From assembly GCA_004431415.1 (NCBI GenBank), contig QPMI01000623.1:104470-168469 (forward strand): a stretch of 64,000 nucleotides of DNA. The letters run 5' to 3'. This document shows positions 11,074-22,433 of this stretch, piece after piece. Source of the stretch: Cyanophora paradoxa CCMP329. Its lineage: Eukaryota > Plantae > Glaucophyta. The notes below the pieces were generated by a model. The model saw only the letters and a list, made by a program, of their open reading frames with translations, did not search any database and was not told the DNA's origin. Numbering within the stretch: the stretch's first letter is position 1; every line of letters begins with the position of its first letter. The position numbers were made by a program, and so were the translations under genes.

Positions 11074-14000
11074 CTAGGCGAGGATAACGAGGGCGGCGGC
11101 GAGGGCGAGGGCGAGGGCGAGGAGGCCCGCCCGGGCGCGGGCCGCCGCGGGGGGCGCGCCCCCGCTCGCGGGCCCCGGGGACGGGCCGGAGGCGGCGGTG
11201 GCGGCGCCGCCCTCGGGCCCGCAAGGATGGCGCCGGGGCGCCGAGCGGGGTGGCGGCGGCTCCGGGGCCGGGGGCGGGGGCGCTGGGGGCGAGGGTGCCG
11301 TCGGCGGTGACGAGGAGGAGGGCGTAGGGCCCGGCGAGGCGGAGGGGCACGCGGATGCGGGGCGGGGCGGGGCCCGGGAGGGCCTCGTGGGGCACCTCGC
11401 GCGGCTCGGGGGCCTCGAATGTCGCCACCCGCACGGAGCGCAGGGCGCCCCACAGCCGCACCACCACCACCGCCTCCGCCGCCGCCACCGTCCAGTCTGG
11501 CCCCGCCCGGGCCCTCAGGGGATGCGGTGGCGCAGGGAGCAGGGGACGCGGTGGCGCACTGGCGGAGGCGGCGGGGTCGAGGGCGGAAGGCCTTCCGACA
11601 TAGTTCGTTACGTGGACGGCGAGGGTGCGGGGGTCGTCGGCGGCGGCCGCCGCCTCGAGGTGCAGGCGCCGGTCCAGCCCCGCCTCCAGCGCCGCCCACG
11701 GCGTCCCCGACTCCCGCAGCGCCGGGCCCGCCAGCGCCTCGAACCCTGCGCCCGTCACCGCTCGGCGCCACTGCGGGCGGGGCGGGGGCGGGCGGGGCGG
11801 GCCCGGGGTGGCGGGGCGGCCGTCGCGCATGTAGGCGGCGCCCGGGGCGTCGCGCAGGTAGAAGAGCGCCCCGCCCCCTGCGCCCCTCAGCGCCGCCGGG
11901 CGGGGCGCTGGCGGGCGCTGGGGGGCCGACCTTGGCCTTGGAGCGGAGGGCGGCGGCCGGCGGGGCGGCGGCGGCGCTGCTGAAGCCGAGGACGTCTGCC
12001 AGCGCGAGCTCCGTCCGGTTCGCCCCGTACTCTGCTCCGCCGGGGGCCGCCTCGAACACGCCCGGCGGGCAGGCGCGGCGGGGCGGGGGGCAGGGGGCGG
12101 GGCGGGGCACGGTCGAGGGCGGTGGGGCGGGGCCCCGTGAGGACGGCGGTGCCGCCGGCGGCGACGAAGGCGCGGATGGCCGCCGCCTCCGCGTCCGAGA
12201 GGGCCTCCAGCCCCGGGAAGTAGACCGTCTGCGGGCCCCGCGCCCCGCCTCGAATCCCCGGAGCGGGCTCGCGGGGGGGCGGGTGGGGCGGGCCTTGTAG
12301 CGGAAGAGGTCGGCGGCGGTGGCGGCGGGGCTCGCAAGGACGTCGAAGGGGACTGTTTTCTTGTAACGCCCCAGTACAAGGCGTGGGGCGTTACAAGAAA
12401 ACAGAATACTCACCCCCGGCGTGCAGCAGCGCCCGCACCGTCCCCCGGTACTCCGACAGGTACGGCCGCGCGTAGCACGACCTGCGTTGTTCTCGGTGGG
12501 CCGGCGGCCCCGGGGGCGCGGGCGGGGCGGAGGGCACCAGAAGGGGGCCCACGCCCACCACACGGAGCCGACGTCGCAGCCGGCCGGCGGCGCCGTCGTG
12601 CAGAACTGCGGCCGCCGGCGGGTGAAACTGGGGCGGGCTCGGAGGGCGGGGGGCTGGCTCCAGGCTCCCACCTGCCCCGTGCCGGGCGCCGAGCTGGGCG
12701 GGGGTCAGGGGGCGGTGTGAGGAGGGGCGGGGGCAGCGGGCGCGCCGGTCGACGAAGTCTCTGGAGGGGGAGGAGAAGTAGACGGCGACGCCGGCGAGAG
12801 AGCGGCGGGGGAAGATGGCGGCCCCGTGCCGCGCCAGGAACCCGTACACCCGCCGCCGGTACTCCCGCCCCACGCTCTCCGTCTGCGCCCCCGCCCCGCC
12901 CCCTCGCCGTCCCCCCGCGAGCTCGAACGGCCGGGGGCGGAGGAGGGAGCGCGCGGGCCTTGCCGGGGATCTTGGTCTCGTAGGGGGCGTTCCCCGCGGC
13001 GATGCACTCGGCGAGTACCGCCTCCGCGTCCGACGCCTCCGACCCGTACGAGAAGGCCCACGACGGCTTCGACGGCCCCACCGCCCCCCGCCCGTACCTG
13101 CCCCCTCCCTCAGACGCCCGCGCGCGGCGTGCAGTCGGGGGGCGGGGCCGGGGCGCGCTTGAAGAGGGCGATGAGGGCCTGCCAGTCCTCCTCCCGCGCG
13201 CACCGCATCCCGTTCGCGTTGGAGAGCTTGTCGACCTGCCCCCGCCGCGGCTGGCGCCGGGCGGCTGGGGCGGGGCGCGGGGCGCGGGGACCTCCCAGAC
13301 GACGGAGACGTTCTCCTCGGCGGTGAAGTAGCCCCCATCGAGGCCTAGCCGTGAAATAATGGTTCACGTGCAGCATCAGCTGCCTCACTGAGTAAACATC
13401 GATCATCTAAAACGCTTGAATCACCTGCTAAAGTCCCGTCCGCCCAGTCCACTGCGCCCCGCCCCGCCATGAGCCCCCGCCCCGCCCGCCCAGCCCCCGC
13501 CGGCCCGGCGCGCAGAGCACGCACGCGTGTACACCTGCGAGGGCGGGGGCGTGAGGGGGAGGCGAGGGGCGGGGCGGGGCGCGGGGGCGCCTGGGCGAGG
13601 ACGAGGGTGTCGGGCCGCTGCGCCCGCGCCTCCCGCGCCATCTCCGCCACGAACCGCCCCAGCGCCTCGTGCCTGCCACCCCGCCCTCGCCCCCGCCCGC
13701 TCCCCCGGCGCAGGGCGGGGCGGGCGGGGCGGGCGGGCCGCCAGACGATCCAGCGGCGGAAGACGGGGTCGCTCCAGTCGATCGCCCGCGGCAGCTGCAG
13801 GCCCGTCTCCCGCGCGAACGCCACTGCCCCTGCGCCCCGCCACGCTCTCCCCACGCCGCCGGGGCCCCGCGCGCGGCGGCGGCTCGCCAGGGAACGAGGT
13901 GTCGCTGAACTGGCGCACTGGGGGAGGTGAGCGGGGGGCGGGGGCCGGGGCGGCGGGGGCGCGGGCAACTGGAGTTGAAGTAGATGGGGACGTCCATCCA

Positions 14001-15136
14001 GAGGCCGTCGGCGCCGGCCTCCACGATCTTCCGCACGCGCCCCGCGAAGTACTCCCGCCACCCGCCTGCCCCGCCTCAGCACCCGCGCACGCCCCGCCGC
14101 GCCCGCGCCTGCACGGCCCCGCCCGCGCACTGTTCGGTGACATCCACGCCTGCGCGCGGCCGGGCGGGGGCGTCAGAGCGGCCGGGGGACCCGCGGAGGG
14201 GCGCCTCACCCCCTCCTGGTGCCCTTGCACCCACCAGGCACCCGGGTCGCCTGCGGCCGTCGGCCCGGGGCTCGGCGGCGGGACAAAAGGGGGGAGGGCG
14301 GGGCGGGGGCGGGGCTCGGGCGGGCCTGGGCGGATGATGTTGGAGAGGTTGGCCTGCGGCGTGCACTTCCACGTCGAGCCGCCCCCCGCCAGCGCCATCT
14401 GCCCCCGTCACGCCCCCGACCCCACCACCGCTCCCCGCGCCCCGCGCACCTCACTGCACTCGTCGTAGTACGACCACCCGCGCTGCAGCTGCGGCCCCGC
14501 ACGCGTCGGCCGCGGCCACCCTCGTACACGCGCGCCGATCGCGACCGACGGGGACGCACCCAGTCCGGATGCAGCTCGGACATCGGGGTCCGGCCCCATT
14601 TCGTCACCGCCTCAAGGGCGGGTATGTACCACACGGTCTTCAAGCCCGCCGCGTGTGCCGCGTTCTGCGCGCCCGATGAACGGTCTCTCCCGCGCCGAAA
14701 TTATAGCGCAAAGGCGCACGTTTATCCTCCGCGCTATCACCATACTCTTCTCGAACTCCGTGTCGTTGTCCTGATTCAACGCCTGCGTCGTTGGGCCCGG
14801 CCCGCGCGTGCGGCGGTTGCCGGTAAACTGCCGGCGCGCGCGCGCGCGCATGGGTCGGATTTCGTACATTATCGATCTCAATCACGTTGACGTGTTGCGA
14901 GGCCAAATCTTCAACGAGGCTCGCGAGGTATGCATTTGCGGTGGAGTCTGAACGTGCGGCGCACGTACGTCAGCAAAGCAAACCCTCGGGAGCGGTCGCC
15001 GACACTCGGTTCATGCACCATTCCAACTCGAGAAATACTGGAGGTGACCGACCCTCGCGCCGTGAGCCCAGCCGATTGAGGCGAGAGCGCCCTGCGCGAA
15101 CGAGAGCGCCAACAGAGCCACGGCAAACGCGCGCAT
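11074..15136 (-). CDS. Secreted, probably GPI-anchored glycoside hydrolase-like protein (TIM barrel of GHL6/GHL10 type plus a GH42 trimerisation-like domain)
   Basis: Signal peptide MRAFAVALLALSFAQGALA; AAHAAGLKTVWYI, ELHPDW, AWMSPNS, IVEAGADGLWMDVP and ALLHAGVPFDVL; hydrophobic C-terminus GLLALALALAAALVILA*. Many introns; one apparent 1-nt frameshift near 11230. Confidence 0.65.
12353..12413 (-). other. 61-nt GT-AG intron forming a perfect 21-bp hairpin that ends at the 3' splice site
   Basis: Arms 12353-12373 and 12384-12404 are exact reverse complements. Removing the intron restores ...LLHAG|VPFDVL. Confidence 0.9.
13345..13424 (-). other. 80-nt compositionally atypical (45% GC) GT-AG intron
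   Basis: Removing it joins DGTLAG|LDGGYFTAEENV in frame; neighbouring introns are far more GC-rich. Confidence 0.8.
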
Positions 15137-15275
15137 TGCAAGTGGGCTCGATCCGACGCGCAGGGAGAGTAACCGCGAGGCCTGCCGCCTGCCGCTTGCA
15201 GCCTGCTGCCTGCAGCTGAGCGGGGTAGAGGTCTCTTCGTTCGCAACTGTTCAGGGCGGCGATTAAAGTTCGACG
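15137..15275. promoter_or_regulatory. Compact bidirectional promoter between the glycoside hydrolase-like gene and PDH E1-alpha
   Basis: Inferred divergent ATGs at 15136 (-) and 15276 (+), 139 bp apart. Confidence 0.6.
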
Positions 15276-17239
15276 ATGCTCCGCCACAGCATAAAGATCT
15301 TCGCCAGGCCCTCCAGCAGCGGCCTGAACGTAGCAGTATCGGCTCGCGCGTTCGCATCGAAGGCGGCCAGCAAAGATGCCCAGAGGTTCGAGTTCACGGT
15401 GCGCCCGGCAGCGCGCGTGTGTTAGATACCTCTAGCTTCCCCGGAGACGAGGCTTGGGGACGGCTTTGAGATGCGCGCGCGCCGCCCGTGCGCGATCCGG
15501 GCTGATTTCATCGCGCCCCGACGTTTTTGCCATTAGCCCTTCGAGAGCCACCGCTGCGAGCCCCCGCCGAACTTCGCATACTCTACCAAGGAGGAGATGA
15601 TGCGGTTCCACCGGGAGATGTACGAGATGAGGCGCATGGAGCTGGTTTCGGACACCCTTTACAAGGCGAAGATGATCCGCGGCTTCTGCCACCTCTACGA
15701 TGGCCAGGTTCTTCAGCTTTCTTTATCCGTGCCGCCGGCGGGCCCGAAGCGCCCGCGCGCCCGCGATCAAGCCGTGCGTTCTGGCGCCGACCCGCCCACG
15801 CCGCGCAGGAGGCCATCACATCCGGCATGGAGGCGGTGCTCACGAAGCAGGACTCCGTGATCACCTCGTACCGCGACCACTGCACTCAGGCGCGGCGCAC
15901 CGTCTGGCCGGCCCTCGTCTCGCGTCGCTTCAGTTTCTGATCCGCACCGCGCCCGCACGCAGTGGGGCCGCGGCGACTCCGTCTTCAGCATCATGGCCGA
16001 GCTTATGGGCCGGTATCCTGGTGCGCGTGCCCTCCGCGTGCCTTCTTTTGTTCCTTTCGTGACCTCTTCCGCCAGGCTGCTCGAAGGGAAAGGGCGGCTC
16101 CATGCACTTGTACAAGCGCGACGCCAACTTCTTTGGCGGCAACGGCATCGTCGGCGCGCAGGGCCCGCTCGGCACCGGCCTCGCCTTCTACCACAAGTGC
16201 GCCGTGCGGGACCGCGAAGGCGCGGCTGAGCCTCTGACGCTCCGCCCCAGGTACCAGAACACTGGCGGCGTCGCCGTAACCATCTACGGTGACGGTGCCG
16301 CGAACCAGGTGCCGAGACCGCTCCTCCGCCGGCCCGCTCCCTCGCCCGCCTGACGCCGGGCGCCTCGCAGGGCCAGCTGTTCGAGGCCTTCAACATGGCG
16401 GCCCTGTGGCAGCTCCCCTGCATCTACGTCTGCGAGAACAACAAGTGCGCGCCGGCCGCCGAGGGCGTCGCCGGAGCGAGCGGTGGTCCTCTGACCGCAC
16501 GCGCGCTGCAGGTACGCCATGGGCACGTCGAACAAGCGGTCAGCGTACGCGGAGACGTACTACACGCGCGGCGACTACATCCCGGGCCTGGAGGTGCGGG
16601 GCGGCGGGGCGGGGCGGGCGGGGCGGGGGTGACGGGGGCGGGGGGGCAGGTGGACGGAATGGACGTGCTGGCGGTCAAGGTCGCCTTCGAGTACGCCGTC
16701 GCCCACGCCAAGGCGCCCCCGCCCCGCCCCGCCCCGCCCCCCTCCCCCGCACCCGCCCCGCCTGACGGGGCGGCGGGGCAGAACAACGGCCCGATCCTGC
16801 TCGAGCTGGACACGTACCGGTACCACGGCCACTCCATGTCCGACCCCGGCCTCTACCGCTCCAAGGACGAGGCCCGCCCCCCGCCCCCGTCCCCGCCCCC
16901 GCCCCCGCGCCTCTCCGCGCTGATCGGCGCTGCAGGTCACGGAGACGCGGCAGACGCGCGACCCGATCGAGCGCGTGAAGGCGCGCATCATCTCCAGCGG
17001 CTGGGCCACCGAGGAGGAGCTCAAGGTCCGCCCGCCTTCGCCCCGGCCCCCGCCGGCGGGCGCCAACGGCCGCGGCGCAGGCGGTGGAGAAGGAGATCCG
17101 CGGGAAGGTGGACGCCGAGATCGAGAAGGCCAAGGCTGCCCCGGAGCCGCCCGTCAGCGAGCTCACCAACGACATCTACAGCGGCAAGACCCCCCAGTTC
17201 ATCCGTATGCCCGACTTCAAGGCCTCCTTCTGGGCATGA
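15276..17239 (+). CDS. PDHA1: Mitochondrial pyruvate dehydrogenase E1 alpha subunit, 12 exons
   Basis: [39 protein letters not shown] motif [10 protein letters not shown]...[15 protein letters not shown] and RDPI; Arg/Ser-rich presequence; 11 introns, 3 of them GC-AG. Confidence 0.97.
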
Positions 17240-17685
17240 GCCGTAGCTTCTTACGGCATCTGTAGCGTTCATTTCAAGGAGTAGGTCCCCTGCAGAACGG
17301 ATGCATCGCAGCTTTTTCAAGCGATCCGAATATGATCGATATCGAATGCAATTATCGTATATCGAATTGAATGCGCCGTCAGCCGCGGCCGGCGCCGCCT
17401 ATGCAGCCGCTTACTAAGCCGCATGCATATGCGCATATACTAGTATGCATATGCGCATCATGGCATGCGCATGTTGATCCGGGCCTGGGTACAGCCGCTC
17501 AACGGGCCTGGTTACAGCAAACCCAGCACCTTGCATTGCCGGCGCCGTGCTCGTACGTGGTTAAGCCCATAGATCGCTCCTCGGCCCGACCAGTGCGCTC
17601 CTCGGCCCCCCTGCACGCGCGGTATCGGCGACACCTTTGAACAAAGCCGCCGTTCACCTGTCCAAGCGGCCTGCAGCGCTTGCAC

Positions 17686-20542
17686 ATGGACAGCATCAAG
17701 GTTCGCGCTCCCACCACCCCGCTGCTCAGAACGTGGTAGCTCTTAGCACTCAGAGTGCTGCGGCTGCGCCCGCGTTCGGCCGCCCCAAATAGACGTCGTT
17801 TTCTTTTCTCTTATCCTTTCTCGCGCCGTAGAAATGGGCCCTGTGCAAGTCGAGCAACGGCCCGGAGGAGGAGCGCCCAGCGTTCGACAATCGGGCCCGC
17901 GACATCCTCGAGCTCTGGGCTAGAGAGCTAGGTGCACACTTGCATTCGCGCCGACGCTGAAATTCGACCCCGCCTCTTGACACGCCCGCCGCAGTCGACC
18001 AGCGAAAGTACACGACCTTCGCACAGTGGGAACAGTGCGTGCCCGAGTGCCGTGCATGAGTCTCCCTGTTTTCTCATGCTCGGTCGTCCGCAGTGACAAG
18101 GGTCAGAGGAGATCTGGTTTCCTGTGACCGCTCTGCGATATCTGACTTGCGCTCCTTTTCCTTTCTCTTCGGCTCACAGAGAAGATGATGGACGTGCGTG
18201 TATCGTCTCTCTTTCGCATCCTCGCTTTTGGCAGCGCCTGAATCTCTTCTTGCCCGCGTGACAGGCCTACTTTGCAAACGCCCGCTCGAAGGAGGATCTT
18301 GTGTACCTGAAAGAATTTCTGCGGACGATGGGAAAGTAAGCGGCTTGCATTCCTTTGTCGCGGGCGTTGCAGATTGTCGTCGCAGGTCCGTCACCAACCA
18401 CCTGGAGCAGCTGTACGACGAGCAGGTCAGCGGGCTGAAGACGAAGCTCTTGCTCGTGCACCAGGCGATGGAGGACTGCCAGCTCCTGAAGTCCGTCGCC
18501 GTCGCGATCAGAGGTGCGGGGCCGCTGTGGCGTGGTCGGCGGCCTCGGGTGCGAGGGCCGCGCAGGGGAGTTCGCGGCGCGGCTGGACGAGATGGGGCGC
18601 GACATCGAGGAGTTCAAGCACAAGATGGAGCTCGTTGTGCAGATGTCCATCGGCCGCATCGAGGAGAGCCGCGGCGACAGCATCGTGCGCTTCCCCCGCT
18701 AGCCCCCGCCCGACCGCCCTCACTCCGCCCCCAGTCCGTCTTGCAAGAGGGCTTGGAGAAGGCGCAGGAGGAGATCGCTCGGTAGGCGCTGCCCCTGTCG
18801 CGCCGGCCGTCTGCGTTGACGGGCGCTGCGGGCAGGCTGCACGAGCTGCAGCGGCTGCAGGAGACGCAGAACAAGAAGGCGAAGGAGTGCATCGAGGCGA
18901 TGCAGCACGCGCTGCGCAACGCGGAGCGGGACAAGGGCATCCTCGAGCGCGGGCTCGCCGAGGCCCGCATGGAGATCGCCCGCCTCAAGGGCCTCGCCAC
19001 CGCCCCGCCGTCCGCGCCCCCGCCCTCGAGCCCCCGGCGCCCGCCTGCTGACACCCCGCCGCGCAGCGCCTCGCCGCCGCCGCCGACGGCGAGCGTGCCG
19101 CTACCCCCGATCGCGGAAGGCGCTCCGGAGGTGGAGGCAGCAGCGGAGGCGCGCAGCTCGGAGGGCACCGCCGACGCTGCGCCGGCGGCGCCGGCGCCGG
19201 CGCCGGAGGAGGGCGCGGGGAGCCCGCGGGAGAGGTCGCCGCCGGAGGCCGAGCACGCACCGGCAGAGGCGCCCGAGGCCGACACTCCTCCCGCCCCCGC
19301 CGATGAGCCTGAAACCCCGTCGGCGGACCCGCCAGCTGCCCCCGCGCCGCCGCCGCCCTCGACGCCGGCGGCACCGGCAGCGGCGAACGGCGCGCCGGTC
19401 GCGGCGCCGGCGCCGGCGCCCCTCGGGAAGACGATGCTTGCGAAGACCCCGATCCCCTGCCCGCGGCAGCGGCAGCGGCTGCGACGAAGCCGATGGCCGG
19501 CGCTCAGCCCGGCGGCAGGTCGCAGGCAGCAGCAGCAGCGCCCCCGGGCCACGCTTCGGCAGCGCCGGGCCCGGTCGCGGCGGCGAGCAGCGAGCAGAAG
19601 AAGCCGGCAGGGGCGCAGGGGCCTGCCGCGGCGTCCAAAGCGCCTGCAGGGCAGCAGGCTGCGCCCGCCGGGCGGCCGCAAGCACAGGCGCAGGGGGCGG
19701 CAGCGAAGCTCGCGCCGTGGCAGTCGGCGCGGCCAAAAACCGCCCCGGCCGCCCCGAGCTTCGTGCCGTCACCGGCGGTGGCGGCGGCGCGGGCGAGGGC
19801 GGAGGCTGCGGCACGCGCGGCGGCGGCGGCGGCGGCGGGGCCGACGAAGGCGGGGAGCCCGCCTTCCCAGCGGCCGGCGCCGGCGGCCGGCGCGGCGGGG
19901 GGCGCGGCGGCGGCGTCGGAGATCGGGACGGGCGGGGCGAGGTGAGTCTGGAGCGCTTCGCGGAGCTCTTCCAGCTCTCCCCGAGGGCCGTCGAGGTGCC
20001 CCGGGCGCGCCCGCACGCCGCGGGGCCGCGCCGACGCCGGCCTCCGCAGCGGGCGATCGCGGAGGAGGAGGAGAAGCGCAAGCGCGAGGCCGCCGCCGCG
20101 GAGGCCGCCCGCAAGGCCGCCCACGCCCCCAAGCCCGGCACCGCCCCCGCGGCCGCCAAGCCCGCGCTGAAACCCGCCCCCGCGCCTGCGCCCGCGGCGG
20201 CCGCGGCGAAGGAGGCCGCCGCCCCGCGGCCCGCCGCCAACGGCGCGCCGAAGACGGAGACACCCGCGGCGACCCCCGCGGCGGGGCCGGCGGCGGGGCC
20301 GGCGGCGGGGCCGGCGGGGGTTGCGGGCGGGGAGAAGCCGACGAAGAAGCCGAGCGAGGAGTACACGGAGGAGGAGAATCCGTTCGCCGAGGGTGCGCGC
20401 CCCGCCCGCCCCCCTCGCCCCGCCACCCCAGCCCGGCCCAGCGGCGGTTGACGCGGTGCGGGGCGCAGGGTGGTCGCCCCTGGACGCGGTGAAGAACATC
20501 GCGCCCAACCCGGGCCGCAAGATGCCACTGTCCGGCAGCTAG
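17686..20542 (+). CDS. Hypothetical coiled-coil protein with a long Pro/Ala-rich region (start uncertain)
   Basis: Coding-like exons (LEQLYDEQVSGLKTKLL, LDEMGRDIEEFKHKMEL, LHELQRLQETQNKKAKECIEAM) with typical introns; ends ...RKMPLSGS*. Confidence 0.55.
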
Positions 20543-20755
20543 CTCGAGCCTGCCCCCCGCGCGCCTCCGCCTGCCCTTGAGCTTCGGAGCACGTGTCGCA
20601 GCGCCGGCGCTGTTGAAGCTCGCGTGCGAGAGCTTGATATGCGTGCACACGTACGAGTACGCGTGCCGTGCCGCGGCCGGCGAGTGTGCTCAGTGCGCCG
20701 AAGTGCGCCGCTTAGTGCGGCTCCGCCCGGGTACAGGATTCTTGCCAGTTCTACG

Positions 20756-21505
20756 ATGACTGCGTTCTCTTTCTCCCCCGTTACCGCGAAGCCCACCAGT
20801 GCGATCACTGCAGAGGCGTTTCTAAAGCCCGCCGGACTGTCGTCCCGCCGTGCGCTGGTCGCTCGGGCCCAGCCTCGTTTTACCGCCCGCACCTTCGAGG
20901 CCGCGCCGGCTCCGAGCCGTCGGTTCTTCGTCGTCGCGTCCGAGGTGAGACGCAGCCCTTCCTCGCCGCCCGCCAGCCTGCGCGCACGTGCTTCCTGGGA
21001 CCGCACAGTGACGTATGCGATCGCAAATGATCGCACATAGCCAGCGTTACCGGACGATCACCCGTCACGTTTAGCCCATCATTGCTCGCAGTCCGCCCGA
21101 GGGCAGTCCGCCCCGGGGAGTGACGCATCGCAGGAGCAGGAGAAGCCCGAGGTGCCGGCGGCGGGCGGGGACAAGAAGAAGGACATTTACATGTCGGACG
21201 AGGAGATGGACACCCCGAAGTGTACGTCTGCGAATGTGGCACCGGGCGTGGGGCCAGCGCGCGTCTCACTGGGAGCAGACGTGGCGACGCCGCGGCAGCG
21301 GAAGATGCTCCGGGACGAGGTCGCGAACCCCTACCGCCAGAATTGGTTCTTCCTCATCTCCGTCGGGGTCCGCGCCCCCGGCCCCCGGGGCGCGCTCCCC
21401 GCCTCGTATGAGCCTGTGGCCTCCTCACTAACCGCCGGCCCGGCCGGTGCCCCGATCCAGATTGCGATCCTTGCCATCCTTAGCTACGTGACCGGCGCAA
21501 TTTGA
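20756..21505 (+). CDS. Small plastid-targeted protein with a C-terminal transmembrane helix
   Basis: Transit peptide MTAFSFSPV...RRFFVVA; mature part ends NWFFLISVG|IAILAILSYVTGAI*. Confidence 0.7.
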
Positions 21506-21706
21506 TGCGACCTCGGGCGGCACTGCGGCACTTCGAGTCCACAGCCTAGACTTCCTAGGCCTGGACCTGCACCCCCGAGCTTGCGCGTGCGCCTGTACAT
21601 GTTGATCGCAGCGCCAAGTTCGGTTCCGTCACAACTTCCGTGGCAGCGCCGCAGCTTTCGCCAGCTACATGGCCTGGGGTGTAGGGGCGGGTCCGGGTCG
21701 AGGGCC

Positions 21707-22395
21707 TCAGCTGGGTTTCTGGACCTGGGAGAACTGCTCGAAGTCTAGGCTGAGCTTGGGGCCGCTCAGCGTGATGTACGCTGCCTGGTTCCCGCAAGTT
21801 CCCAAATAATTCGGTGCCGAGAAGATAGTGATGAGTTTGTTTGGGATGTCGACGTGGTACCTGCGCGCGGAAGCACCCCGCCCGCCCGCTCGCTCTCCAG
21901 GAGCGGCCCGGGCCGGGCCGGGCGGCGCACCCCTTGCTCATCTCGGGGCGCTTTCGACGAAATTATGATTGATTATGGAGATGAGCACGGGGTGCGTGAG
22001 GCGCACCGTGTCAGGCCCCTCGTGGCTCCTGATGAGGGTGGTGAGGGCGTTCCTCTGGAGGAACTCCTCGAGGACGTCGGGTCCGTAGCGGAGGCCGCAG
22101 CCGCGGAACTCGTTCGGGTGCAGCCCGAACTTGCGCCCCGGGTCGCTCCACTGCCCCCGCCCTCCCCCTCAGCGCCGGCGGCGGGGCGGGGGGGCGGGGC
22201 GGGGGGACGGGGCGGGGCGGGGGGGCGGGGCGCGCCAGGACCTCCTCGAGGGGGCTCTTGAGCTTGGGCTCGCACTGCCGCGGCGTCTCCATCAGGTCCT
22301 CCAGCGTCCCCAGCACCTGCCGGTCCTTCCGCGACGCCCACAGCCCTGTCCCCCGCCCCGCCCCCAGCGACGCGACCCCGGTCGGCACGGGCGGG

Positions 22396-22433
<38 letters not shown>

